From Burkholderiaceae bacterium (GTDB lineage Bacteria; Pseudomonadota; Gammaproteobacteria; Burkholderiales; Burkholderiaceae): 64,000 nucleotides of DNA. The notes below the pieces were generated by a model that was given only the letters and a program-made list of their open reading frames with translations, was not told the origin of the DNA and ran no database searches. Positions 27,757 to 38,234 of this stretch are shown here, in pieces (position 1 is the first letter of the stretch; each line of letters begins with the position of its first letter). The stretch is taken from positions 23,299 to 87,298 of the forward strand of contig CANFLR010000001.1 in the NCBI GenBank assembly GCA_947447945.1. The letters run 5' to 3'. The translations under genes and the position numbers were made by a program.

Positions 27757-28641
27757 ATGCGTTTATTTACTTATTACCCAAACCCATCGAATAAAAAAGA
27801 AACTCGCGTCGGTATTTTTAAAGACGCCAAGCAAGCAGAATTCATTCCCGTTTCTGATGCAGATGCTAGTCTGCCTGGCACTCTGATGGAAATCATTGCT
27901 TCTCCGGCATTCATGAAGAGGGCAACAGAGATTCAGGGTCAATCAAATCTTACGTGGAAGTCAAGCGATGGAGTTGCTTATGCGCCCGTGATCCCTAAGC
28001 CTGAAAAAATTGTTTGTATGGGGCTGAACTATGCAGATCATGCAAAAGAAGGTGGTAACGCCCGCCCTGAATACCCATCTTTCTTTATGAGGGTGCCTAG
28101 TTCACTATTGGGTCATCAGCAAGCCATGATTCTCCCGCCAGTTTCTGATAAGTTGGACTATGAAGCTGAGCTAGCATTTGTGATTGGCAAGCAATGTCAT
28201 CGCCTCACTAAAGAAAATGCTTTGGAGTCCATTGCAGGCTACAGCATCTTCAATGACGGCAGTTTGCGTGACTATCAACGCAAAACCAATCAATGGACGA
28301 TTGGCAAAAATTTTGATTACACCGGCGGATTTGGTCCTTGCCTAGTGACTCCCGATGAATTACCTAAAGGTGCACATGGCTTACGTATTCAGTCTCGCCT
28401 GAATGGCAAGATCATGCAGGATAGCAATACTGAGCATTTTTTATGGGGCGTGATTGAGACACTGGTATTGATTACTGAGGTTATGACTTTAGAGCCTGGT
28501 GATGTGGTGATTACTGGTACACCAGCCGGCGTAGGTTACGCTCGTACGCCACCAGTCTTCATGCAAGCAGGAGATACGATCGAAGTTGAAATTGATGGCA
28601 TTGGTATTTTGAAAAATACTATCGCCAAGGAAGGTAAGTGA
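27757..28641 (+). CDS. FAH family protein
   Basis: KIVCMGLNY, DYEAEL, FNDGSLRDYQ, GKNFD and TGTPAGVG motifs. Confidence 0.9.
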   Translation: MRLFTYYPNPSNKKETRVGIFKDAKQAEFIPVSDADASLPGTLMEIIASPAFMKRATEIQGQSNLTWKSSDGVAYAPVIPKPEKIVCMGLNYADHAKEGGNARPEYPSFFMRVPSSLLGHQQAMILPPVSDKLDYEAELAFVIGKQCHRLTKENALESIAGYSIFNDGSLRDYQRKTNQWTIGKNFDYTGGFGPCLVTPDELPKGAHGLRIQSRLNGKIMQDSNTEHFLWGVIETLVLITEVMTLEPGDVVITGTPAGVGYARTPPVFMQAGDTIEVEIDGIGILKNTIAKEGK

Positions 28642-29333
28642 TGAGTTCGGGATATGTTATTGATCCACCCATAGTGCCTACATTGCCAGTTGTTGGTGAC
28701 ACTCGGCGTTTTGCAGTCAATCGCATCTTTTGTGTTGGCAGAAATTATGCTGATCATGCACGCGAGATGGGGCATGATCCCGATCGTGAGCCCCCATTCT
28801 TTTTTATGAAGCCGGCAACTGCCATCGTGGCCGATGGAAAAGACATGTCCTACCCGAGTCTATCGAATGACGTGCACCATGAGATTGAGATGGTAGTAGC
28901 GATTGCCCAGGGCGGCACTAATATTCCTGCCGCTAAGGCACTTGAACATGTATATGGTTATGGTGTGGGCTTGGATATGACGCGTCGGGATTTGCAGGGT
29001 GAGGCCAAAAAAATGGGTCGCCCCTGGGACACTGGTAAAGCCTTTGATCAATCAGCCCCTTGTGGACCTCTCACCCCAGTTGCTCAGGTTGGTCATCCAA
29101 GTAAAGGCAGCGTTAAGCTTTTGGTGAATGGTGAAGTACGCCAAGAGGGTGATCTCACGCAACTGATCTGGAATATACCTGACACAATTGCGTATTTATC
29201 AACCCTGTTTGCTCTAGAGCCTGGAGACCTGATTTTCTCTGGTACACCTGCAGGCGTAGGGCCAGTAAAACTTGGGGATGTTCTTGAAGGTAGTGTAGAA
29301 GGCTTAGTTTCTTTAAAGACAAAGATTACCTAA
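28638..29333 (+). CDS. FAH family protein, fumarylpyruvate/acylpyruvate hydrolase-like (NagK/YcgM type)
   Basis: RIFCVGRNYADHAREMG, HHEIEM, GLDMTRRDLQ and KAFDQSAP motifs. Confidence 0.88.
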   Translation: MMSSGYVIDPPIVPTLPVVGDTRRFAVNRIFCVGRNYADHAREMGHDPDREPPFFFMKPATAIVADGKDMSYPSLSNDVHHEIEMVVAIAQGGTNIPAAKALEHVYGYGVGLDMTRRDLQGEAKKMGRPWDTGKAFDQSAPCGPLTPVAQVGHPSKGSVKLLVNGEVRQEGDLTQLIWNIPDTIAYLSTLFALEPGDLIFSGTPAGVGPVKLGDVLEGSVEGLVSLKTKIT

Positions 29334-29361
29334 AAAGACCGCAGCAGGAAGCTCAGAGAAC

Positions 29362-29385
29362 ATTGGGGGCTATAAAGCCCCCAAT
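29362..29385. terminator. Terminator hairpin between convergent genes
   Basis: ATTGGGGGCT-ATAA-AGCCCCCAAT. Confidence 0.8.
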
Positions 29386-29415
29386 TAAAACCCTAACCGA
29401 ATGCTTGCTTAAGGA

Positions 29416-30936
29416 CTACTTAGAAGTAGGCATTACAAACTCTGCCCCTTTAGCAATACTTTCTGGCCAGCGTTGCATCACACTTTTTTGTTTGGTGTAG
29501 AACCGCACGCCTTCTTTACCATAAGCATGCATATCGCCAAAGAGTGACTTCTTCCAACCACCAAAACCATGCCAAGCCATTGGTACTGGAATGGGTACAT
29601 TGATGCCAACCATACCCACCTGAACACGACGGGCAAATTCACGGGCAATATTACCATCGCTCGTGAAGCAGGCAACGCCGTTGCCAAACTCGCAAGAGTT
29701 AACAAGGTTTAAGGCATCCGTAAAGTTTGCAACACGCAAGCAAGCTAGTACTGGTCCGAAGATTTCTTCTAAATAGATCTTCATGTCAGGGGTGACATTG
29801 TCAAATAAAGTGCCACCGATAAAGAAGCCGTCTTCATGACCTGCAACCTTGAGGTCGCGACCGTCAACCAATAGTTTTGCACCAGATGCTACACCGCTCT
29901 CGATATAGCCAGTAATGCGTTCGAGAGCAGCTTTAGTGACGATGGGGCCCATTTCTGCATCGAGCTCCATACCATTTTTGATCTTCAAGGTCTTAGCGCG
30001 TTCAATGAGTTTAGGCATGATTTTGTCGCCAGTGTCGCCAACTAAGACTGCCACAGAGATCGCCATGCAGCGCTCACCAGCAGAGCCGTAAGCTGCGCCA
30101 ATTAAGGCATCAATTGCCTTATCCATATCCGCATCGGGCATGATGACCATGTGGTTCTTAGCGCCACCCAATGCTTGGGAACGTTTTCCAAAGTGAGCAC
30201 AACGCTCGTAAATATAGTTTGCAATTGGAGTTGAGCCAACAAAGCTCACCGCTTTAACATCAGGATTTTCAATCAAAGCATCAACCGCTTCTTTATCGCC
30301 TTGAACAACGTTAAATACACCATCGGGTAAGCCGGCCTCTTTGAGAAGTTTAGCCATAAACAATGAAGCTGATGGATCAGTTGGGCTAGGCTTTAAGATA
30401 AAAGCGTTACCGCAAGCAATCGCCACTGGGAACATCCACATCGGAACCATGACAGGGAAATTAAATGGTGTGATTCCAGCTACAACACCTAAAGGTTGAC
30501 GCATGACCCAATTATCAATGTCCGTAGAGACCTGTTCGGTGTAATCGCCCTTGAGTAACTCTGGAATGCCGGTAGCAAACTCTACAATCTCAATACCGCG
30601 AGTCACTTCACCTTGAGCGTCTGTAAAGACCTTGCCATGTTCTGCAGTAATGATGGCAGCCAATTCATCGCGATTGGCATTGAGGAGCTCAAGGTACTTA
30701 AACATGATGCGGGCACGACGCAGTGGTGATGTTTGTCCCCAGGTTTCAAATGCTGCCTGTGCAACTGCAACGACACCATCGACCTCTTGACGACTCGCCA
30801 GCGCTACGCGCCTAGCAAGCTTTCCCTTTGCTGGGTTAAAGACATCGCCAAAGCGTCCATCCTGAGGATTGACGACCTTACCGCCAACATAGTGACCGAT
30901 ATCTTCTTTGGATTCAAAGGCTTGCGTTGGATTCAT
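29416..30936 (-). CDS. mmsA: CoA-acylating (methyl)malonate-semialdehyde dehydrogenase
   Basis: [29 protein letters not shown] and GINVPIPVP motifs. Confidence 0.93.
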   Translation of the reverse strand: MNPTQAFESKEDIGHYVGGKVVNPQDGRFGDVFNPAKGKLARRVALASRQEVDGVVAVAQAAFETWGQTSPLRRARIMFKYLELLNANRDELAAIITAEHGKVFTDAQGEVTRGIEIVEFATGIPELLKGDYTEQVSTDIDNWVMRQPLGVVAGITPFNFPVMVPMWMFPVAIACGNAFILKPSPTDPSASLFMAKLLKEAGLPDGVFNVVQGDKEAVDALIENPDVKAVSFVGSTPIANYIYERCAHFGKRSQALGGAKNHMVIMPDADMDKAIDALIGAAYGSAGERCMAISVAVLVGDTGDKIMPKLIERAKTLKIKNGMELDAEMGPIVTKAALERITGYIESGVASGAKLLVDGRDLKVAGHEDGFFIGGTLFDNVTPDMKIYLEEIFGPVLACLRVANFTDALNLVNSCEFGNGVACFTSDGNIAREFARRVQVGMVGINVPIPVPMAWHGFGGWKKSLFGDMHAYGKEGVRFYTKQKSVMQRWPESIAKGAEFVMPTSK

Positions 30937-31109
30937 AGTGTTAATTTGTAAGTATTTGGGTTATGGGTTCTAGCCAAGTTGCTCAAAAATAGGACCTGAG
31001 TGGCTGGGCTGTCTCGTTTATTCTCGTTTTAAGTATTCTATCGCTTTCGGCAAATTTCAGTATTTTCCTACTGTTTTGGGTGCTGAGAGCTTATCTAAGA
31101 GGTTATTTC

Positions 31110-32231
31110 ATGAGTCTATTATTTTCAAATTACACCCTCCATTCCCCGAAGGGAAATTTAGAGTTGGCCAACCGTATTGTGGTTGCGCCGATGTGCCAAT
31201 ATGCTGCCGTTAATGGCGAGGCATCCGACTGGCATTTGATGCACTGGGGTAATTTACTGAATAGTGGGGCTGCTTTATTTATTATTGAGGCGACTGGAGT
31301 TACTCCTGAAGGCCGCATTACTCCGGGCTGCTTAGGATTATGGAATGATGCTACGCAAGCAGCACTTCAGGATAAGTTAACTCGGGCTCGCCAATTGGCT
31401 CCAGCGATGCCGGTCTTTATTCAATTGGCACATGCTGGCCGTAAAGCCTCGAGTGCAGTCCCTTGGAAGGGCGGTCAATTGCTCTCCTTAGAACAAGGTG
31501 GCTGGGAAATGGAAGCGCCTTCAGCAATTCCGCAATTAGAGGGTGAGCGTTTGCCGCATGAGCTCTCTAAGAAGGAGTTGCAAGGTCTCATCCAAGCATT
31601 TGTACAAGCTGCGCAACGAGCAGAAAAAATTGGTATTGACGGTATCGAGTTACATGGCGCACACGGATATTTATTGCACCAGTTTCTTTCACCGATTGCA
31701 AATCAAAGAACTGATGAATACGGTGGCTCGTTCGAAAATCGCATACGCTTTCCTTTAGAACTATTTACGGCAGTGCGTGCAGCATATCCTGGTGTATTAG
31801 GCATTCGTATATCTGCGACTGATTGGGTGGAAGGGGGTTGGACCCCCGAAGAGACTGCGGAGTTTGCCAGCCGTTTAAAACCGCTTGGTTGTAATTTTGT
31901 GCATATTTCTTCTGGTGGTATTTCACCAAAGCAAAAAATTGCGATTGGTCCAAATTATCAGGTACCTTTTGCCAAGATTGTGAAGGATCAATCGGGCTTA
32001 CCAACGATGGCAGTGGGTCTCATTACCGATCCTCACCAGGCCGAAGCAATTCTTGAGCAGGGCAATGCCGATTTAATTGCATTGGCTAGAGCTTTTTTGT
32101 ACAAACCGCGTTGGGCTTGGGAGGCGGCAGCATTGCTAAATGGAGTAGTAGCTTCGCATGAGCGTTATTGGCGTTGTTTACCGCGTGAGGCGCAAGTGAT
32201 CTTTGGTAATGTCAAGGTAGGCCAAAGATGA
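31110..32231 (+). CDS. NADH:flavin oxidoreductase (old yellow enzyme, YqjM-like)
   Basis: APMCQY, QLAHAGRKAS and ELHGAHGYLLHQFLSP..NQRTDEYGG motifs. Confidence 0.92.
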   Translation: MSLLFSNYTLHSPKGNLELANRIVVAPMCQYAAVNGEASDWHLMHWGNLLNSGAALFIIEATGVTPEGRITPGCLGLWNDATQAALQDKLTRARQLAPAMPVFIQLAHAGRKASSAVPWKGGQLLSLEQGGWEMEAPSAIPQLEGERLPHELSKKELQGLIQAFVQAAQRAEKIGIDGIELHGAHGYLLHQFLSPIANQRTDEYGGSFENRIRFPLELFTAVRAAYPGVLGIRISATDWVEGGWTPEETAEFASRLKPLGCNFVHISSGGISPKQKIAIGPNYQVPFAKIVKDQSGLPTMAVGLITDPHQAEAILEQGNADLIALARAFLYKPRWAWEAAALLNGVVASHERYWRCLPREAQVIFGNVKVGQR

Positions 32232-32240
32232 TAATTGGTT

Positions 32241-33551
32241 CTATGCTTGATCGCGCGTCACCGGATCAGAAAGCGAGCGTGCAAATGCGCGCGCTGCGCT
32301 CATGAGAAAATGATCTTTTCCTGGCCCTGCAATCAGTTGCACTCCAACTGGTAAACCATGAGGGCCACTGGTGATATTGAGGTTTATGCAAGGTAAGCCT
32401 AGCAAATTCCAGCTTCTGCAAAAAATGGGGTTCCCGGTTGTTTCTTTAGAATTGGGAGCCTCGCCAACTGCACTGGGCGCAATGATGAGGTCAAGATCAT
32501 TTCTAAAGATCAGACTGATAGCGGCATGTGCTTCTTGGGTATGCAATAAATCTTTTGTATATTGCTCATAGGAAATCGCAGCACCATCAGTGAGCTGTTT
32601 GGTGAGCTGAGCGCTTAATCTTTTGGGAAAGTGTATTCGCTCAAACAGTAGGCTACGCGACATTTCTACCGACATGATGCGGGATTGTGTTTCTGAGAAA
32701 TGATCAAATACCGCTGGTAGTTTGAGATCGCTAACAACGCCTTTAGCAATGACTTCTGCAGCAAATCGTGCTAGCGCCAGGGCAGAGATGGTTTCTTGTT
32801 GAACCAAGGACCATTCTGGGGTTTTGCAAATGGCAATGCGCGGCTTGTTGTGAAGATCTTCAATTTTTGCTAGAGCGTGATCGGTGCTCATTGCCGCAAC
32901 ACACAAAGCAACATCACCAATTGTTCTGCCAAAACAACCCATCGTATCCTGAATCGGAGAAAAGCTTTTTACTCCAGCGACACTGATTTTTCCAAAGCTT
33001 GGCTTATAGCCCACTACACCACAAAATGAGGCTGGGCGAATAATCGATCCTGCGGTTTGACTGCCCGTAGCTAGTGGCACCATGAAGTCTGCAACGGCTG
33101 CTGCTGAACCGCTCGAAGATCCTCCGGGGGTGTGCTTTGGATTGTGGGGATTTGAGGTGACAGAGCTTTTAAAAGAGGCAAATTCAGTGGTAACAGTTTT
33201 CCCCAAAATGATGCCACCAGCTTGGCGCATTAAGGTAACTGATACGGCATCCGTGGCTGGGTGGTAATCGCTGTAAATCGGCGAACCACAGGAAGTTGGC
33301 AGATCAAAGGTGTCAAAGAGGTCTTTGACCCCAATAGGCAGGCCATGCAAGAGTCCCTTGATGGCGCCTTTATCGAGCTCTCTAGCCCTAGTCAAGGCAT
33401 TCTCTTTGCCAAGACTGGCCCAGGCTCTGATGGTACTTTCACGTTGTCCAATACGGTCTAAGCAGGCTAATAATAGGTCGGTAGCTTTAATTTCTCTTTT
33501 AGCAAGGGCTTTTGCTGCTTCCGAGGCGCTTAGGCTTTCTAGGTCTTTCAT
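32241..33551 (-). CDS. Amidase signature family protein
   Basis: GVKD Lys, PGGSSSGS and GSQTAGSIIRPA (Ser-cisSer-Lys triad). Confidence 0.9.
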   Translation of the reverse strand: MKDLESLSASEAAKALAKREIKATDLLLACLDRIGQRESTIRAWASLGKENALTRARELDKGAIKGLLHGLPIGVKDLFDTFDLPTSCGSPIYSDYHPATDAVSVTLMRQAGGIILGKTVTTEFASFKSSVTSNPHNPKHTPGGSSSGSAAAVADFMVPLATGSQTAGSIIRPASFCGVVGYKPSFGKISVAGVKSFSPIQDTMGCFGRTIGDVALCVAAMSTDHALAKIEDLHNKPRIAICKTPEWSLVQQETISALALARFAAEVIAKGVVSDLKLPAVFDHFSETQSRIMSVEMSRSLLFERIHFPKRLSAQLTKQLTDGAAISYEQYTKDLLHTQEAHAAISLIFRNDLDLIIAPSAVGEAPNSKETTGNPIFCRSWNLLGLPCINLNITSGPHGLPVGVQLIAGPGKDHFLMSAARAFARSLSDPVTRDQA

Positions 33552-33620
33552 AGAGTAATTCTACTGATGGTGGCGTATGATCGCAATTCACCGTTTTAAT
33601 AAACAAGCAAAATACGCAAT

Positions 33621-34283
33621 ATGAAGCAACATTCTGTCCGTGAAGCCTGGCTTGAAGATGCCATTAGGCATTTAGAACCAGTCTTCTCAAAGGCTGGCTA
33701 TGCCATTCCTCCAGTTCGAGTTTCCTGCGGGTTTCCCGCCTCCAGCAGTCCAAGAACGACCCTTGGGCAGTGTTGGCCACGCGAACGTTCTGGCGGCGGG
33801 GTTAATGAAATCTTTATATCCCCGAAGCTCGATGACCCAGTTCAACTTCTGGACACCTTAGTGCATGAGTTATGTCACGCAGTTGATGACTGTTTTAGCG
33901 GTCATGGCGAGGATTTCAAGGGTATTGCCCAGACTGTTGGTCTTGAAGGGCCAGCTAGGATGGCTCATGCCACAGAGGAATTGGTTGTCAAACTGATGAT
34001 GATTAGTCAAGAGTTGGGACCATACCCGCATCAAGCTATTGTTTTTCCGCCTCCAAGGCCAAGCAATGCCAGTCGCAGCAAGGCGAAGTGCGCTCAGTGC
34101 GGCTATGAAGTCACCTTACTCAAGCGCTGGGCTAGTTATGGCGCACCGATCTGCCCTAAGGACAATATTCGGATGCAAGAGGCTGTACCCGAGACTATTG
34201 AGAACACTCCCAACCACGATAGTGAGTCAGTCAAGGGTGACAAGAAAAGCCAAGCAGATGACATTCGTCGCGCTATCAGCTAA
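33621..34283 (+). CDS. SprT-like zinc metalloprotease with C-terminal zinc ribbon
   Basis: HELCH (HExxH) plus downstream GHG; CAQC..CP motif. Confidence 0.75.
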   Translation: MKQHSVREAWLEDAIRHLEPVFSKAGYAIPPVRVSCGFPASSSPRTTLGQCWPRERSGGGVNEIFISPKLDDPVQLLDTLVHELCHAVDDCFSGHGEDFKGIAQTVGLEGPARMAHATEELVVKLMMISQELGPYPHQAIVFPPPRPSNASRSKAKCAQCGYEVTLLKRWASYGAPICPKDNIRMQEAVPETIENTPNHDSESVKGDKKSQADDIRRAIS

Positions 34284-34348
34284 TCCAAACCCATTAACTA
34301 GTAAAATCATCAAATTCATCAGAACATTTGACTTTAAGAGACTAAAAC

Positions 34349-35440
34349 ATGAACGCAAAAAAGATTGTTAAAAACCCAAAAATTGCAGTTATTGCTGGTG
34401 ACGGCATTGGTAAAGAGGTGATGCCTGAGGGAGTGCGTGCCTTAGAAGCCGCTAGCAGTAAATTTGGCATTGGTATGCAGTTTGACCATTTTGATTTTGC
34501 TAGCTGCGACTACTACCTCAAGCATGGCAAGATGATGCCGGATGACTGGTTTGATACTTTAATGAAGTATGACGCAATTTTCTTTGGCGCAGTAGGTATG
34601 CCAGCCATCCTACCTGACCATGTCTCTTTGTGGGGTAGTTTGATTCAGTTTCGTCGCTGCTTTGATCAGTATGTCAATTTGCGCCCAGTCCGTCTTCTTC
34701 CCGGAGTTCCTTGCCCATTAGCAAATCGCAAGCCGGGAGATATTGATTTCTTTGTCGTGCGCGAGAACACGGAAGGTGAGTATTCTAGTGTTGGCGGAAA
34801 AATGTTCCCCGATACGGACCGCGAGGTCGTTATTCAAGAATCCATCTTTACTCGACAAGGTGTTGATCGTATTTTGCAATACGCCTACGACTTGGCTCAG
34901 AGCCGCCCTAAAAAGCATCTCACTTCAGCAACGAAGTCTAATGGTATCGCCATCACGATGCCTTATTGGGATGAGCGTGTTGAGGCCATGTCTAAGAAGT
35001 TTGCCGATGTGAGAACCGACAAGTATCACATTGATATCTTGGCCGCACATTTTGTCATGAACCCAGATCGTTTCGATGTCGTAGTAGCAAGTAACTTATT
35101 CGGCGATATCTTGTCGGACTTGGGTCCAGCCTGTACTGGCACCATTGCGGTTGCTCCTTCAGGCAGTATTAATCCTGAAGGCAAATTCCCATCACTCTTT
35201 GAGCCAGTCCATGGCTCTGCTCCTGACATTTACGGCAAGATGATTGCTAACCCCATTGGTCAAGTCTGGAGCGGTTCAATGATGCTTGATCATTTAGGTT
35301 ATCCAGAGGCTGGCAAGGCAATTTTTACAGCGATTGAAAAAACACTCACTGCTGGTCCTGGACATGCGCCTTTGACACCTGACGTTGGTGGTACGGCCAA
35401 AACAGATGATCTTGGAAAAGCAATCGCTGCTGCAATTTAA
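34349..35440 (+). CDS. dmlA: Tartrate / D-malate dehydrogenase (decarboxylating)
   Basis: GDGIGKEV, PDHVSLWG, RENTEGEYS, SATKSNG and EPVHGSAPD motifs. Confidence 0.9.
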   Translation: MNAKKIVKNPKIAVIAGDGIGKEVMPEGVRALEAASSKFGIGMQFDHFDFASCDYYLKHGKMMPDDWFDTLMKYDAIFFGAVGMPAILPDHVSLWGSLIQFRRCFDQYVNLRPVRLLPGVPCPLANRKPGDIDFFVVRENTEGEYSSVGGKMFPDTDREVVIQESIFTRQGVDRILQYAYDLAQSRPKKHLTSATKSNGIAITMPYWDERVEAMSKKFADVRTDKYHIDILAAHFVMNPDRFDVVVASNLFGDILSDLGPACTGTIAVAPSGSINPEGKFPSLFEPVHGSAPDIYGKMIANPIGQVWSGSMMLDHLGYPEAGKAIFTAIEKTLTAGPGHAPLTPDVGGTAKTDDLGKAIAAAI

Positions 35441-35461
35441 TATTCGCTAGTTTTTTCTTGA

Positions 35462-37528
35462 ATGGCACAGCCGTATGCGCCGTTAGTCCAGCAGATGTTG
35501 CGGGACTTCCAAAATCAACAGCTTGAACCTGCGGAGCGGATGGCCCAGTCCATCCTCCGCCTCAATCCTAAAGATCTGATTGCACTGCAAGTGCAAGGTT
35601 TAATCTTTGCTATGCAAGGCCGTAGTGCTCAAGCAGTAGAGCCACTTTCTAGAGCCGCCCAGCAAGACCCCAAAAATCCTGAGCTCTTGTCTAATTTAGC
35701 TAAGGCACAGCATGGCGCCAACTTGTTTGAGCAGGCAGTTCAGACTTATGAAAAGCTTAGTCGGCTTGTCAAAAATAATCCGCAGATTTTGACGGATATG
35801 GGAACTTCTTATGCCAAGCTGAGATCACATGATCAAGCAGCAGCTTGTTATGAAAAAGCTATTGCGCTACAGCCCAATTACTTTCTAGCGCATTCGAATC
35901 AAGGAAACTTATTGGCTGAGTTGGGTTATGCAGCGCAAGCTGTCGAGAGTTATGAGTTGGCATTGAAATTGAATCCTAATTATCCAGAGGCCTGGACAAA
36001 TTACGGTAATGCGCTTTTTAAGCTTGATAGGTTAGATGATGCGCGCCAAGCCCACGAAAAAGCCCTGGAAATAGATTCTCAATATGGTGAGGCTTGGTCT
36101 AATCTGGGCAATACCTTTGTTGAGCTAAAGCTAGGCGATGAGGCATTCGAATGCTATCAAAAAGCATTTGCACTAAAGCCTTTCCATCCATATTTGATGG
36201 GACAATTTTTAGCGGCCAAGCTGACAACCTGTGACTGGGATTCTGTTGACTCATTTACTGTAGACATGATGCATGGGGTCGAACAACAGCGTGCTGTATG
36301 CATTCCATTTGCTTTGCTACAAACGCCAGCCGCATTAGATTTGCAAAAACGCTGCGCCCAAATATATGTGGCTGATCGATACTCGCAAATGCAGAAACCC
36401 TCTTTTTCGTTTCCCAAAAAAGGACCTGGAAAAAAAATTCGGATTGGATATTTTTCTTCGGATTTTAAAAACCACCCTGTTGGGATTTTGATGGAAAATC
36501 TCATTCGCTTGCATGACCGATCTGCATTTGAGGTTTTTGGATTCTTCTTGAGTGCCCGTTGTGCTGATGCCGTTGAGACTAGGCTAAATGGTTTATTTGA
36601 TCAGACGGTTGATTTATTCGGATTGGCAGATCCAGAGGCTCAAAGACTAGTGCTGGAGAAGCAGATTGATATTGCGATTGACCTCAATGGTCATACCTCA
36701 GGGGCAAGAACTGCTTTATTTGCTATGAGACTAGCCCCTGTGCAGGTCAATTACTTGGGTTATGCAGGCACTTCTGGCGCCAATTTCTACGATTGCTTAG
36801 TAGCAGATCAAGTGGTCATTCCTTCACAAGACCAGGCTCACTACACCGAAAAGATTGCCTACCTACCCCATTGTTTTTTCCCGGTTGATACCAGTATCAG
36901 ACCTGAACAATTTGGCGCTTTACCTAGTAAGGTGAGTCAAGGCCTACCTGAAACAGGTTTTATCTTTACCTGCTTCAATAATATTTACAAACTCAATCCT
37001 GCAATTTTTAGTATTTGGATGGACTTGCTAAAGCAAGTTCCCGGTAGTGTTTTATGGCTCTCCAAACCCTCTGAAAAAGCCATCCGAAACCTACAGAAAG
37101 AGGCTGAAGCACGAGGTATAGATTCTGCGAGATTGGTCTTTGCCATCCGTGTACCTGAGAGAGTCGATCACTTAAGTCGTTTGCGTTTGGCAGATCTATT
37201 CTTAGATACACCAAACTACAATGCCCACGCTACTGCAGCAGATGCCCTCTGGACGGGGGTGCCGGTACTAACTATTCAGGGAAATACCTTTGCTGCTAGG
37301 GTGGCCGCAAGTCAACTCACCGCCTTGGAATTGCCTGATTTGATTACCCATTCCACTAAGGAATATCAAGCGAAGGCTCTTGAGTTAGCTCGTTATCCAG
37401 AGCGTCTTAAAGTGCTTAAAGAGCGTATAGAGACTCACCGCAGTCTGACACCTTTGTTTAATACTAGGCAGTACCTGCACGATTTAGAAGGTCTGTATAA
37501 AGACCTTCTAGAAAATTTGCCTAATTAA
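35462..37528 (+). CDS. TPR-containing GT41 (OGT/SPINDLY-like) protein glycosyltransferase
   Basis: Multiple N-terminal TPRs; RIGYFSSDFKNHPV, DLNGHT, APVQVNYLGY, FNNIYKL and DLFLDT..YNAH motifs. Confidence 0.88.
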   Translation: MAQPYAPLVQQMLRDFQNQQLEPAERMAQSILRLNPKDLIALQVQGLIFAMQGRSAQAVEPLSRAAQQDPKNPELLSNLAKAQHGANLFEQAVQTYEKLSRLVKNNPQILTDMGTSYAKLRSHDQAAACYEKAIALQPNYFLAHSNQGNLLAELGYAAQAVESYELALKLNPNYPEAWTNYGNALFKLDRLDDARQAHEKALEIDSQYGEAWSNLGNTFVELKLGDEAFECYQKAFALKPFHPYLMGQFLAAKLTTCDWDSVDSFTVDMMHGVEQQRAVCIPFALLQTPAALDLQKRCAQIYVADRYSQMQKPSFSFPKKGPGKKIRIGYFSSDFKNHPVGILMENLIRLHDRSAFEVFGFFLSARCADAVETRLNGLFDQTVDLFGLADPEAQRLVLEKQIDIAIDLNGHTSGARTALFAMRLAPVQVNYLGYAGTSGANFYDCLVADQVVIPSQDQAHYTEKIAYLPHCFFPVDTSIRPEQFGALPSKVSQGLPETGFIFTCFNNIYKLNPAIFSIWMDLLKQVPGSVLWLSKPSEKAIRNLQKEAEARGIDSARLVFAIRVPERVDHLSRLRLADLFLDTPNYNAHATAADALWTGVPVLTIQGNTFAARVAASQLTALELPDLITHSTKEYQAKALELARYPERLKVLKERIETHRSLTPLFNTRQYLHDLEGLYKDLLENLPN

Positions 37529-38234
37529 TTTCTTGCTCATCTGGACTCCAAACAGCACTTCTTTTGCTGGCCTTGGCAATCTCAGACAAAATCTTTTCAT
37601 GGATAGCGCACTCTTCATTACTCGCCTTTAAGAGTTTGAGGGTGCTAGGCAATGGTTTGCTGTGTCCGCTAGAATCCGTGTCAACAGTGTAATCAACCAA
37701 ATCAATCGTGAGGTCTTCTTGACCGCGAGTCATCGACAAATAGACTTCTGCCAATAATTGTGCATCGAGCAAGGCGCCGTGCAGAGTGCGGTGTTTATTG
37801 CTGATCGCAAAGCGATCGCATAGCGCATCTAGAGAATTGCGTTTGCCAGGAAACATTTGGCGCGCATCTAATAGGGTATCCGTAATTTTGGCTGCCAGAC
37901 CCCTAAAAGCAGGGCGCTTGAGCAGGGCGAATTCGTTATCGAGAAAGCCTAAGTCAAAAGCTGCATTGTGGATAACGATCTCCGCTCCATCGACAAACTC
38001 AATCAACTCTTCAATAATATTGGCAAAGATTGGCTTGTCGGACAAGAACTCGCGAGAGAGACCGTGAACGGCAAACGCACCTGCGTCGATATCCCGCTCT
38101 GGATTGATGTAGTAATGAAAGGTGCGGTCTGTGAGACGGCGACCAATCATTTCTACGCAACCAATTTCAATAATGCGATCACCAGTAGCTGGATTTAAGC
38201 CAGTAGTCTCAGTATCCAGAATCACCTGACGCAT
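37521..38234 (-). CDS. dnaQ: DNA polymerase III epsilon subunit
   Basis: LDTETTG, HNAAFD and LHGALLDA exonuclease motifs. Confidence 0.96.
   Translation of the reverse strand: MRQVILDTETTGLNPATGDRIIEIGCVEMIGRRLTDRTFHYYINPERDIDAGAFAVHGLSREFLSDKPIFANIIEELIEFVDGAEIVIHNAAFDLGFLDNEFALLKRPAFRGLAAKITDTLLDARQMFPGKRNSLDALCDRFAISNKHRTLHGALLDAQLLAEVYLSMTRGQEDLTIDLVDYTVDTDSSGHSKPLPSTLKLLKASNEECAIHEKILSEIAKASKRSAVWSPDEQEIN

Noticed and set aside
30937-31040. Small hairpin (AGCCA-CTCA..TGAG..TGGCT) in the mmsA 5' region as a riboswitch
   Set aside because: Weak pairing and no resemblance to a known aptamer; cannot be supported without covariation data
33571-33587. TGGCGTATGATCGCA as a sigma54 promoter
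   Set aside because: GG-to-GC spacing is one base short of the strict -24/-12 requirement
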